From Moniliella sp. 'wahieum' (lineage: Eukaryota): 64,000 nucleotides of DNA. The position numbers were made by a program, and so were the translations under genes. The DNA lies in contig RSEE01000040.1 of NCBI GenBank assembly GCA_003971905.1, forward strand, positions 62,001-126,000, given 5' to 3'. Each line of letters opens with the position of its first letter. Position 1 is the stretch's first letter. Under the pieces are notes generated by a model, which did no database searches, was not told the DNA's origin, and was given only the letters and a program-made list of their open reading frames with translations. Below, in pieces: positions 12,626-24,725 of this stretch.

Positions 12626-13287
12626 AGCGTTCATACGTTCATGTTCAACGTACGTTCAACGTACGTTCAATGCATTCTCCTGTACCCTCCAAGAAAGAAT
12701 ATGGCAAGCAATGCACTGAAAACTGAGAATTAAAGTGTGAACGTGTGAACGGGGCTTGCACTAACGGTGCCACGGCCCCTGTGTGGCACCACAGTTGGGG
12801 TCTCACCTTGGGGAGCGCTTAAGGGAAGAAAGATGGGCGGAAGAAAAGAAACCAAGAGGAAAGGGAAAGAAGGAGAGTCAGACATGTGAGCCTCACACTG
12901 ATGCGAGGCCAGGGGCAGGCAGGGCTGGGCAGACATCTAGTAGTAGACGAGACCCCCCGTTTTTGGAAAGGGGGCATTAACCGCATTGTTAACGTCGTGT
13001 GACATGTAACAACGCTTAGCGTGCAATAAAATTGGCGACTTGGACAGTGTTCAAATTTCCAAGTGGCCGGGCGCCAGTCAACTAGCCAAATCTCGGCCTT
13101 CAAGCTTCAAGCTTCTGATCTTCTGATCTTTCACGGAGACTTGGTTCCGACCTCCATCTCATTGACTCCTGGCGAGATCCGAGGCGATTCGAGGGGTGCA
13201 CATCCTGCATCACGGTGATGCCGATGATGTGTCACTCGTTACGTATAATAGGGGCCTTCAAACTTCAATCCCAAGTATAACTATAGT

Positions 13288-13347
13288 AAGTTTTGTAACT
13301 GCAAAAACCACGGTATAAAGTTTTGTAACTGCAAAAACCACGGTATA
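13288..13347. repeat. Exact 30-bp tandem duplication
   Basis: aagttttgtaactgcaaaaaccacggtata x2. Confidence 0.9.
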
Positions 13348-14814
13348 TAGCGCAAAAAGGCGTGTATAAGCGCGTGTAACAAACATGTAAAGCCTCAAAA
13401 CGGTTAAACGTTAAACGTTAAACTTCAAGACGGAAGGGCGGGCAGGAGGCAAAAGAGAGATCCCAAAGAAGCTAGAAAGAGCTGGAAAAACAAGAGATGA
13501 AACAAGAGATTAAGGTTCTGAGATCTATATGGGCACTAGCCGGGTACTCCAAATGAGGGCTCAGTTACTCAGTCTGGTGCAAGTCAATGAAACCAGGGTG
13601 TCTGGGGTGACGTAAGGTGTACTGGGTGCCGCACATATCGGTGGGCACAACCCCCTTCGCCGCCTTTTGTCGCCGGGTGGCCGCAATGTGGAGTCTGAAA
13701 TCTGGATAGGCCCGCGACCGCTCGGTGGTGTTCACCCTTTTTTTGCGGGGAGGGAGGCGGGGGAAGGCTAGAGGGTTTTTCGGGGCAGGTTTGCTTGGCA
13801 AGGGGCTAGTGGCCAATTCAGTTAATGATTAATGACCATCGACCTGGCATCCTCTTCCATCCTCCATCCCCCCTCGCACTGGTGTGTCGGCAGGTATACA
13901 AGGGCCAGCGCCAAGTGGAGAGGCCCCACGGTTAGGAACCCCAAGTATCAAGCTTGTCAAAAGCAGTGCCTTAAAGACCGCTTGTGCCACGCGAGCCCAG
14001 CGCGCATGGCGTGCGTATATGGAGCAGCCCATCACGGGCTAGGGGCAAGCACATGTCTACGCACCACCGACAGGCGAATCAGGAGCGGCCAAAAGCTGCC
14101 GCCGGCATGCCACCAGTCTCGTGCTGCATCCTTGGCAAGGCAAAAGCAGCAGCAGCAGGGGCGGATGGTTGTAGGGGAGTATGTTGAGCGCAGAGAGGCG
14201 AGACAAGCCGGTGCTGCGATGGCGTTCGATAGGGAAAATGGGAGCCACCCGGCATCTTCCAGTACAAAGACGCGCAGCATTGGTGACTACCGTGGGCTTG
14301 GAGTATCGGTCGCTTATTATCGCGTCACGCATGCCACTGTGTCACGGATCAGTGGCCCACGCCGGGGAAGCGTGGCTTGGTTGAATGATTAGGCCGTGGG
14401 TCGGTTAGGCCGTCGGCCCTTTGGTCCTCCATGAACGTTTCAAATGCCTAACCGGCCACCGCTGCCCGGATACAGCGCGTCGCACACCAGATCGAAGGGC
14501 CAAGCACGCAGGAGCAGTTGAGGTGCCGATGGGAGTTCGCTGACGCACTACTCTGTAACTCAGTACTCACTGAGGCTGGCTAGGGTAGGAGGAGGTAGCA
14601 CTGATGCATCATGCGCTGATGCGCAAGGCAGCTGGCGCAGTGCGGGTGGCTGCTCGGGCGCACTCTGTGTTGCGGGCCAGTGCCTCAGTCCCTAGTCCCC
14701 AGTCACAAGTCGTCACGGGTCACCACCAGTCAGCGCTCAGCACCTGAAACGAGCGCTGGCGGCTCTGCGCCTGAGTCCGTGAATGGGTAGGAGGGGGTGC
14801 TGAGAGGGTGAGTA

Positions 14815-15371
14815 TGACGCGTGACGCGTGACGGAGGACCGGGTACTCTGAGAAGGGCAAGCGGCGGCTGGTGGGGTGGGCATGTGTGCTCAGGTGCATG
14901 TGACCGCGGTGGATGAAATATGAAATTGAACGAAGGATCTGGCAGCTGGCCGCATAAGGCAGCAGGGGCCGGGGATGGTTGATGCATGATACATGATGCA
15001 TGATGCACCGGAACCTGGCGCCCAGGGGCAGTGGGCGACAGTGGATGGCAGCGCCGGCAGCGCTGACTAAGCTAGCGGGGAGCTTGGAGCTTCGCGTTTG
15101 GAGCTTGGAGCTTGGAGCTTGGAGCGTCAGCGTCACGCCTGACCTGAAGCTTGATGCTTCCGGGGCATGCCAATGCCTGTGCTGGCCGTGGGAGGCGCTG
15201 GATGTGGGTGTGTGGACGGGACGCAGACCGAGTCGAGACGTATCTGACGCAGACGCTGGACCGAGACGGGGGTTGGGGGCAGGCGGCTGCTGACTAGCAT
15301 CCGTCCAGCGCTTGGCACGGGGCACTTGCCCCTGGCATAGTCACCGGTCACCAGTCACTAGTCACCGCTCA
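14815..15371. repeat. Heptamer TNA-palindrome lattice cluster upstream of CDC24
   Basis: TGA CGCG TGA CGCG TGA (14815-14831); TGA TGCA TGA TACA TGA TGCA TGA (14980-15003); (TGG AGCT)3 (15099-15122); TCA CCGG TCA CCAG TCA CTAG TCA CCGC TCA (15341-15371). Confidence 0.85.
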
Positions 15372-15524
15372 GCAGCTTGGCCGGGGGCCAGCCCGCCTGC
15401 CCACTCGCCGGTGTCGGTCGTCGGCGGCGTCTCGTGCTGCCTTTCTGTTTCTGACCGCGCTGCTACCACGCCAGCCCACCGCCCCCCACACGGACTGGGC
15501 GCGCATTCGCCGCCGTTCTCTGCC

Positions 15525-18500
15525 ATGGCCACCTCTTTTCTTCCCCGCCGCAAGGGCACCCTCCCGCCCGCCATCGACCCTGCCCCGCCGCCACCCCGGC
15601 CCACGCGCAACCTCGCCCCCTTCGCTGCCCCCCCCCCCCTCCGCCTCCGCCATCGCTTTCGCCACCATGCCCCCCCTCGCCGCTGTGTCCAGCCCCTCCC
15701 CCGCCCCCAGCACCCCCGCGTCCTCCTTCGCCACCGCCGCCACCAGCAGCACCATCTCCCTCGCCCTCACCGCCACCGGCTCCATCTCCACCCCCGCCCC
15801 CACCCATGGCCCTCTCCCTCCTCCACCCCATCCAGCGATGCCGACGGTGGCATTGGCGCATGTCTCATCTCTGGCATGCCCACCGGAGCCCTTGCAACCA
15901 AGCAAGGCGGCGCCACCTCTCTCTACCAGTCCTGTCTCCGCACCGCGACCGTCTCTGGCACGTCGACGGCTTTGGCCCTGCCTTTTCGCCCACACCCTCC
16001 CCTCCCACGCCTCCGACCCTTCCGACCCCTCCCACTCTCTCCATCCCTCCGACCCCTCGGACCCAGACTCAGCCGAGGCCCCCCGTGACCCCGTCTCTCA
16101 GCTATGGCAAGTCTTCCGCTTAGGTCTGCCGCTCTGTGTGCTGTTCAACCACCTGGACCCAGCCAAGCCCGTGCCGACCGACATGCTCACCCCCGAACAG
16201 GGCATTCCCTCTCCCAGTGGCTACGTCATGCCGCGCACCCACCAGCAAGCCAAAAAATACGTTGCTCGCTTCGTCATTGGGGTCCAACAGGAACTCAAGA
16301 TCAGCGGCGACGACACCTTTTTCGTCTCCCATCTCTTTTCCGACAGCACCCATGCCCTCGTCACGGCCGTCAAGATGGTAAGCAGCGTGCTGGATGCTCT
16401 CGAGGCCAAGGGCAAGCTCCTTCCCGAAAGCCAGAACCCGCGCGGGAGCGAGACCGCCGAGGTGGATGCGCAAGACGCCCTACCCGCCACCGACGAGCGT
16501 GCAGCGGTGGTCAAAGAGTTGCTGGAAACAGAGCGACAGTATGTGCAACATCTTGAGAGGCTTCAGGCGTTTGCCAAACTCCTCTACCAAAAATCCACTC
16601 TTTCCGCCGACACGCTCCACCACATCTTTTGCAACTTGGACCACGTGGTGGATGTGCAGCGCCGCCTCCTCATCTGCTTTGAAGAGAACGCGCGTCGGCC
16701 GATCGATGACCAGCACTTTGGCGCCGTTTTCACCACCCAGCTCGAAAAGGACTTGTGTGTCTATGAGCCCTTCTGCGCCAACTATCGCATGCGATTGACA
16801 TTTGCCGTTTTGAGGCGGCCAACATTATGGTACGTGGTCCCTGCCTCGTGTGTTTTCTGACGTATTCTCTGGTTGACACTTTTGGTGTGCAGGCTATGAA
16901 GTCGATGCCCGAGGCGGCCGAATGCTACATTGATCCCATGTACGAGGCTCAATCGTTCCTGATCAAGCCAGTCCAGCGGATTTGCAAGTACCCACTGATT
17001 CTCGAGCAACTGATCCAGCGTTCGCCCCTAGAGGCACCCAATCTGAACGAGCTTCGTCTTGGCTGGTCGAGCATCAAGAATGTGGTGGAACGAGTGAACG
17101 AGTTGCAACGAATCCAGGACAACAAGCCAGCGATCAAAGATCTGGATATGCGGGTGGAGGACTGGAAAGGGCACAATGTCGCTACTTTTGGTCACTTACT
17201 CTTGTATGACACATTTACTGTCCACAAGGGCGAGATAGGACGAGAGTACATCGTCTACCTCTTCAGCAAGATCCTCCTCTGCTGCAAAGAACTACCAGCG
17301 AACGCATCTAAAAAGAAGCCCAACCCGCTCCTGACCAAAGCCCAAAAGGCCTCAGCCGCGGCCCAGCTGTCACATAAGGGCCCCCTGCAACTCAAGGGTC
17401 GCATTTTCCTCAACAATGTCACTGCTGCCATGCCTTTTGTGGTCGGCCCTTCCCGTCTGACAGTTACAATCTGCAAGTGTTTTGGCGCGGCGACACGGAA
17501 CAAGAGTCGTTTGTGCTCGAGTGCAAGTCCGAAGAGGAGATGCGGCTGTGGATGACAAGCATCAACCGTTTGATGGACGATGCCTCTTTGTCACGGCGGC
17601 AAAAGCCCTACGCGCCTCACTTGACTGATGCGACCCATGCGCGCCCGCCCAATTCGGCTCCTCCCGTGCTCCGCCCAATTCGGCTCCTTCCGTGCTCCCG
17701 CCCGCATCGTTTACTCCGGGCGGAACAGGACGCTCCATGTTTCCTACCCATGTTCCTCTCCCTGCGCCCTCTACCACCACAGGGACCACCCACTTCCCAC
17801 CCACGGCCGTGTCGGACCACCCAGGCTACTTTGCCTTGGCCAGGACCGATTCTCGGCCGAGTCCGAGCCCCTTGCCTCCTTCCACGCCAGGCGGTGGGAT
17901 GAGACTAGATGATCGGGTGGAAGGACTGCGTCAAGACTCGGTCTCTTCGCCTACGTTTCAGTCGCGCTCGACGCCGTTGGGGTACTCGTCCATACCAGGC
18001 ATGGGCCCTGGGGACCTACGCCTACCCGATGCGCGGGTCTGGCAGCGGTCCGAAACATCGGAAGATGCACGGCTCGCGTTAGCCCGCGCGCAGGGGGTTA
18101 GTACGCTGCCCCTTCTTGCGCCTCGTTCCACTCGCGCCGACCGACCCAGTGACCGTCGTCCCAGTGCGCCCGCCCGGCCTAGCCTCGAGACTGCCGTGTC
18201 GTTCCCCCCTCTCGACCTACGGGCTACCGGGCCAATCGGAAGACGCGCTGGCGCTGCGTACGCGCAGTGCGTCCAACCCACAACATGCCTACCACCTTCC
18301 TGCGCCCATGCAGTTCTCTGCCGTGCGGGCCACCTTACCCACCGTCTCGCCCTCACCCTCGCCCTCACCGCACCACACGTCGCATCACATGCGTGGCCAA
18401 TCGCAAGGGCACCCGCCCCGGCCCAGTCGGCTGTCCAGCTCGGCACAACCGGTCCCGGTAATTGCAGCCCAAGTGGTGGCCTCGCCGCCGCCCTTGGTCC

Positions 18501-18950
18501 TGGATTCTCGTCCGCTCAGTACGGGCTCGACCGCCGAGTCGTCTCCGTCGTTGGCGCATTCGCCTCGTACCCCCGTCCGGCTGGACTCGGGCTCGGATGG
18601 GCCGGGGCCCGGGCCGGGATCTGGGTCGGGATCCGTGTCGGGCTCCGTGTCGGGATCGCCTTCGAAGCGTTCGTATGTGGTCACTGTTGGCATCCGATTC
18701 GAATCCGAGGGCGAGGCTGCGTTGACCCAAGTGGTGATGGCGTCGATTGGGTACCAAGGCTTGCTTGCCAAGTTGACAGAGAAGGTACGCGTGTGTGGGT
18801 CCACAGGCGGTGCCGCCGTCGGGGCTTCGGCTCAAGTACGTCGACGAGGATGGCGACAAGGTGGTGATGCAAAACGATGAGGATGTATCGTTAGCCTTCG
18901 AAGGCGCCAAAACCAACTCTGGCAAGGTGGAGATTGTCATTTGCAGTTAA
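15525..18950 (+). CDS. CDC24: Rho guanine nucleotide exchange factor Cdc24/Scd1 (CH-DH-PH-PB1)
   Basis: SLYQSCL; DPVSQLWQVFRLGLPLCVLFN (CH); VVKELLETERQYV...FLIKPVQRICKYPL (DH); RVEDWKGH...LQLKGRIFLNNV (PH); KYVDEDGDKVVMQNDEDVSLAFE (PB1). Intron 16830-16892. Confidence 0.93.
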
Positions 18951-20313
18951 CCTCGGTCCCTCGGTCGCGCGCGGGGGCCAGTGAGCATTGTCGTTTGTCA
19001 GCCGTCACGATGCGCGCTTCGGGGCAACGGCGAGACTGCCCGATTGGCGTACGTTGGCACAGGGTAAGGACACGGGAACCTGCTAGCACCTGCCTGCCTG
19101 CCTGCGTCGCCGTCTCAGATTCTGCCCTTCTTGTGTCTTATCCACTTTCCCTCCTAACCTCCCTCCCTCCTTTTTACTGTGCTAGGCCCCGCTGAACTCC
19201 TCTCTCTTGTGTTCTTCCTCCCACTCCCTCCTTTTGCCCCGTTTGCCCCCCCTCTCTCGCTTCATGCGCTTCTTGAGGTTGTGCGCGTCTTTTTCTCGGC
19301 CCTAACTTGGCATCCTCTTCCTGGCATTGTCCCCACGGTCTTTTCTTTACTGTATTCTTTGCCTCAGCCCTGTAAACCCATCTCCCCCCGAGTAGCCGGC
19401 TGTTGTTGTTATTATGGCCCCTACGGTGTTGTTTGTCGAGAGGAAAGAGCGAGCGCGGGTTGTCCCATGTCGGGCGACGATCGACATGGGACGCGTGTGA
19501 CGCGTGTGACGCGCGTGCCGATCCCAGTTCGGGTTCCCTACGGAGGAGCCGCTAGCCCACTCCGTACTCGGTACACTCATCAGCACTCAGCACACACCCT
19601 GCCTGGACCCGGATCCAACAGCTAATTTGTTCCATATGCCCATCCTCACAAACATCAACTAACAAACACTGCGACGAGGGGCCTGGTCAGAGGTTTTCGA
19701 TAGGCGAGCCAAGCAAACGATGGAAGCCAGGGGGATCACATGTCACAAGACGCGCCGTAGCGGCTATTACACGCGACCACTGCAAGACAAAGCCTCACTA
19801 CTAGTAGTATTACATTCATACTAGTATAGTCGCCCCGCTTTGGCTGCGTCGAGCTGACGGTCGGAGGCATGATCGAGCACCTTGCAACGAGCAACAGGAA
19901 GAGGATGGCACTGGTGGCAGCATCGCGGGCGCCGACGAGAGGAGAAAAAGGCAAGGTTGAAGACGCCTGCCCGTTCGAGGGGGCACACATCGCCCCAGAC
20001 GGGTGGGTGTGGGTGGTAAAATGGATTGCGTCGCACCTTCCCTCCTCTTCGGCCTACTGTCGTTCGACTCTGATTCTTGGCGACGCTGTAAATACCGACA
20101 TAAACTCTCAGCACTTGGGCGCAGGGTGTCGGGCGCGGCAGTGGACTTACAGTGTTTTCACGTCAAAAGCTTCCTCGTTGGGCGCTAGCGGATCGAAGAG
20201 ATGAGTGAAGATCGACGTGGATGTATACGGGTTGGCCGATGGGAGTGGCGCACAGACGGTTGTCTCTCACTCCTGTGGGAAGAGATGTCCTGAGAGGCGG
20301 GGGGGGCAAAAAG

Positions 20314-20412
20314 GGGGCTCAGCGGGAATTGAACCCACGACCACCTCTATTCGAACTGCATCCAGCTCGGGATTGACCCGAAAGAGGCATGATACCACTA
20401 CACCATGAGCCC
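20314..20412 (-). tRNA. tRNA-Pro(CGG) with 27-nt intron
   Basis: Reverse strand GGGCTCA TGGTGTAGTGGTATCATG CCTCT TT CGG G [TCAATCCCGAGCTGGATGCAGTTCGAA] T AGAGG TGGTC GTGGG TTCAATT CCCGC TGAGCCC C. Acceptor, anticodon and T stems pair; a T5 terminator follows (20308-20312). Confidence 0.93.
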
Positions 20413-20996
20413 AGGTTGAGGCTGCGGACCGAGATTTGCAACAAACACCATCCTGTAACGAACGCTGTGGACTCCTACCTTGGAAGCAAGAACGAGGGCT
20501 ATGCGGGGCGTCTGCCACTTCGAGGCTGGCATGTTTCCCCTGCTTTGCGTCAATGGGGCGGTTGGATGTGTGCTGTCCATTATACTCTCTCTCTGGCACA
20601 CAGCTCAAGCCACCACGTGTCTCCATACGGATTCAGCATGGCGTGCATTGAAGCTGGACCAAAAAGGCGACGAGTCTGCCGTGGACGCAAGGCAAAGAGG
20701 GGGCACCCGTGTGAGGAGAGGTGTGGGTAATGTAGGTGGCAAAGAACATGTCGGAAAATAGATTGGAGAGATGTGGGCCCAGGGGGCGTGCTCAGTGCAG
20801 TGCGGCAGATACACCTACTACCTGTGTCTGCCACTTGCAAACGATGAGCGTATGTGCCTCTTTTTTTTGCTGCCTGCCTGTAGTTGTTGTCTTCCACCAG
20901 GACGAGAGAAGGTGAAAGCTGCTCGATTGGAAGAGCTCCTGCAGGAGCCCAAATCCCGACGGCATGCCACATGCCAGGTCTCAGGCAGAGGGCGCC

Positions 20997-21176
20997 ACCT
21001 GTGCTCCTACCTGTGCTCCTACCTGTGCTCCTACCTGTACTCCTACCTGTGCTCCTGTGCTCCTGTGCTCCTGTGCTCCTGTGCTCCTGTGCTCCTGTGC
21101 TCCTGTGCTCCTGTGCTCCTGTGCTCCTGTGCTCCTGTGCTCCTGTGCTCCTGTGCTCCTGTGCTCCTGTGCTCCT
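20997..21176. repeat. Minisatellite: about 4 x ACCTGTGCTCCT followed by about 16 x GTGCTCCT
   Basis: Read directly from sequence. Confidence 0.95.
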
Positions 21177-21999
21177 GAGCCCCTGTGCCACATCACCGGC
21201 ATCACCCCTGCCGTCTGAGGAAGAGATGATCGATGATCCAAGTCGATCTCGATCAGGCTGCAGGCCTCTCAGGACGCGTGCAATCTGCGACTGGTTCAAC
21301 GTTCAACTGAAAGCCCAGAGAAACGTTCGGATTTCAATCCACAATCCAATCCAGTCGGAGAAAGCGCGGAGCCATTATTAGAAGGGGCGACCGGGGCGCG
21401 AGATGTGGGACAAAAAGGGCTGCGTCGGCGCGAGGGGGTCAGAGACCGGTCTGAGACTCAGATCTCAGATGCTGATGAAGAAGGCAATGGAGATCGACTA
21501 GGGCGTGACGCGTGACTGCTGCTGGCGATGGGGGGGTGGCCACGGCTGGCGTGGAGGGGTGCCAGCTGCGGCGCGAGATGGCGCGGATCGATGACGTAGA
21601 TGCTCGTGGCAGCCGCGGCAGGGCGAAGTGGGAAACGGGGCGCTCGGGTGCCTGTGTGCCGCGATGGCCGGGGTACACCGACGGCGGGAGCATTACGGAA
21701 GCAAGTTCAGCCGCCTGCTTGGCTTGGGTCGTGCTGGGCATGTGGGGTAAACGGTGTGGTGCCTCTGCGGCAGGCTTTGCTCTACTTGGTGCGCGTGGGA
21801 GTGCTTTGCTGTGCGCCGCGCGCTCCTGGGCGCTCAAGTTCAGCGGTCAGCGTCAGCGTCAGCGTCAACCACCACTGACTAGTCGTGACTGGATTTTTCC
21901 TCCAGGGGCGCTTCCCGCAACGCTCGGCGCAAGTGCGGCCATCCAACCACCACACCACCTCCGCTCGCCGCTCTTCTCCGCCCATTCGTCTCGGCTCCC

Positions 22000-23958
22000 A
22001 TGGCCGCCCCGCTCTACAGTCCGTCCGCTGCCCCTCCCCCTGCCCCCTTTGCGCCCTCCCATGCTCACCCCCGCCTCTCTCTCGCCACAGCGACCGCCTC
22101 GGCCAGCTCTTCCATGCCGGTCAGATCTTGATTGCCACTGTCGGTCTGCCCGCGCGTGGCAAGACGCACCTGAGCCATGCCCTGGAGCGCTATCTGCTCT
22201 GGCTCGGCGTCAAGGCCAAGGTGTTTTCCCTGGGCGACTACCGCCGCACGCGGCTGGGCAAGCCGGATGATCTTCCCAGCGACTACTTTGCCGTCGGAGG
22301 CGGGGCAGCGTCGACGGAACAACTCCGCGGCCGCATCTTGTCTGAATTTGACGATCAAGTCGCTGCCTACTTCAAAGCGGGCAACCAGGTGGTGATTTAT
22401 GACGCCAACAATGGCCAACAACACACGCGCGAAGCACTGCTGGCCAAGTTTGCCCCCCTCCACGTCTCGGTGATGTTTCTTGAAACAGTGTGTGACGACC
22501 CCGCCATCATTGAGAACAACATTCGTGCCGTCAAGCTCGGCAGCCCCGACTACCAAGGCTGGAAGAAAGGCGAGGCGCTCAAGGACTTTCACAGGCGCAT
22601 TCGCATGCGCGAGACCGAGTATGAAACGATCACCAACCCGCAGCTGTCGTACATCAAGATCATCAACGTAGGCCAACGGGTCATTGTCAACAACATTCGC
22701 GGCTACCTCCAGTCTCGTATCTGTTTCTTCCTCATGAACGTGCATAATCGCGATCGCACCATCTACCTTGCTCGTGCTGGCGAGGCCTTGGTCGAGCATC
22801 TGTACAAGGCCGACGCTGACCTCTCCTCCTTGGGATGGCAGTACGCCGAAGAACTGACAGAGTTTATGGACAAATTGCGCCGTGAGCGCGAACGTTCCGC
22901 TGCTTCGTCCCCCACTGCTGCTTCCCCAGGCCTGTTGGCAGTCGGTGCCGGGTTCACCGGGCTCAGCTCCGCGTCGCAGAGTGCTAACGCTGCAAAGCGG
23001 GACAAGGCGGAACTGCCGTCCTCGGCGCTTCCGGGCCTACCCTCGCGGCCCGTCAGTTCGGCCGGGTCCGATGTGCCATCTCGGCGCCTCGAAGTCTGGA
23101 CGTCGAACCGGCGTCGGGCCGCCCACACCTGCTCCTTTTTCCCCGAGTTGGGGGACAAGGTGGTGGAAAAGTCGCAGTTGTGCGAGCTCAACCCGGGCAT
23201 GGTCGACGGCATGCCCGAAGAAGAGATCAAAGCGATGTACCCGGTCGAGTATCAGCGGTTGCAAACCGAGCCCTATGGCGCGCGGTACCCGCGTGCCGAG
23301 TCGTACCACGACTTGTGTGTGCGAATTGAACCGGTGATTATGGAGTTAGAACGGAACGCTTCGGATCTGTTGATTGTGGCACAGTCGAGCGTGCTTCGGG
23401 TCCTGCTTGGCTACCTCCAAGGTCGCTCTCCTCATGAGATCCCCCACATTGACGTACCCGAAGGCGATGTGATTGAGATTACGCCCCAAGCGTATGGGAT
23501 GCAAACTAAGGCACATCACTTTTGGGACCCGCTTCAGCGTCGGCGCCAACGAGACCAAGCTTGGGTGCGTGAACAACGCGCTGCCACGGCGTCCCGTGCC
23601 CATTCTCGCACCACCTCCCGCTTCGCCGTACTTAGCACCACGCAGTGCACGCAGCAGCCGCGGCACTTTACCCAGCCCCCACTTTGGCGCCACCCTGCAC
23701 CCTCTCACGCCTGCTTATGGTCCCGTCTCGCCTCGTCCGCATCTGTCTCATGTGCATGTGCCAGGGCATGCCATACCGCCGCTCACATTGCCCCAGCAGG
23801 ACGATGCAGTGTTCTTGTCGGAGGATGAGGAGGAGGAGCAGCGGAGAGAGCGGAGAGAGCGGCGGGAACGGCAACGAGCTGCTGCGTTGGAACAACTTGC
23901 GGACGAATTAGGGGACACGGGCATCGTTGACGATACTCCCCAAGTGACTGTGCTGTGA
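22000..23958 (+). CDS. 6-phosphofructo-2-kinase/fructose-2,6-bisphosphatase-like protein (YLR345W-type)
   Basis: MAAPLY + intron 22019-22090; LFHAGQILIATVGLPARGKTH (P-loop); RGYLQSRICFFLMNVH; RYPRAESYHDL..RIEPVIMELER. Confidence 0.9.
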
Positions 23959-24725
23959 CGAGGGGGAGGACCAAAAACATGGCCGAATTGGTGTGGGGTT
24001 TGCGCTTTGGACCTGGTTGGTTTTGTCCTCCTCCATTGCTCGGCTCGCATTATGTTCTTGTATCTTTTTCCACCTTTCATCAAGCCGCGGTCTCACAACC
24101 ACATTATGCACGCCTCCCTTTCACCTCAGTTTTGGGCCAAGCCTTCTTCGAATGTAACCATGTGTTCTAGCAGAGACCCACCCCTCCTGAGCTCATACCT
24201 GTTGAAACGCATCGCCTAAGGGAATCGGAAAAAGGACCCGTTTGCCATCGATAATAGAAGTAATACTAGATGAAACCACCGATGGCCTACCGTTCTACGG
24301 GCAATCGTTCTATCTACACGGAGGGTGTGGGAAGAGGCGGATATGTCGACTGGCCTGAATGGACCTAGAGAACTTGCAGAAATGCTGGTATCCCCGTGCC
24401 GCAAGTCATGAGCTACCCTGTATGCAATTGCTTCCGGGAATCGTAACATCAACGTGTTCCTCAGTCAAACATCAGCGGACCATGATCTGGGAGGCTGTGG
24501 CCGCTTTGTAAAACAGACAATAAAGGAAGAAAAGCGGGTTGTGGCGTCGAAGGCATCGCCACAGCGCATGATTCAAGTTTCGATCCGCTAGCTTTGGGCA
24601 GCTCGAGGCTTCGACCCTCCGAACAGTTAGAACCTTGGGTCGTGACAAAAGGGGCAAGACAGGAACTATAACCAAAAGGTGATAATCGATAGCAAAGGGG
24701 AACGAACGTCGAGGCCCACGTCTTC

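Noticed and set aside
13565..13816. Possible ancient CRE fragment (YPDFRL..YTLRH resembles RTDYRV..HTLRD)
   Set aside because: Similarity too weak to support without alignment statistics.
20580..21381. ORFs with STGAQEHR / CSCAPVLL repeats
   Set aside because: Translations of the GTGCTCCT minisatellite.
24216..24452. Possible highly decayed CRE 3' fragment on minus strand
   Set aside because: Only patchy resemblance by eye.
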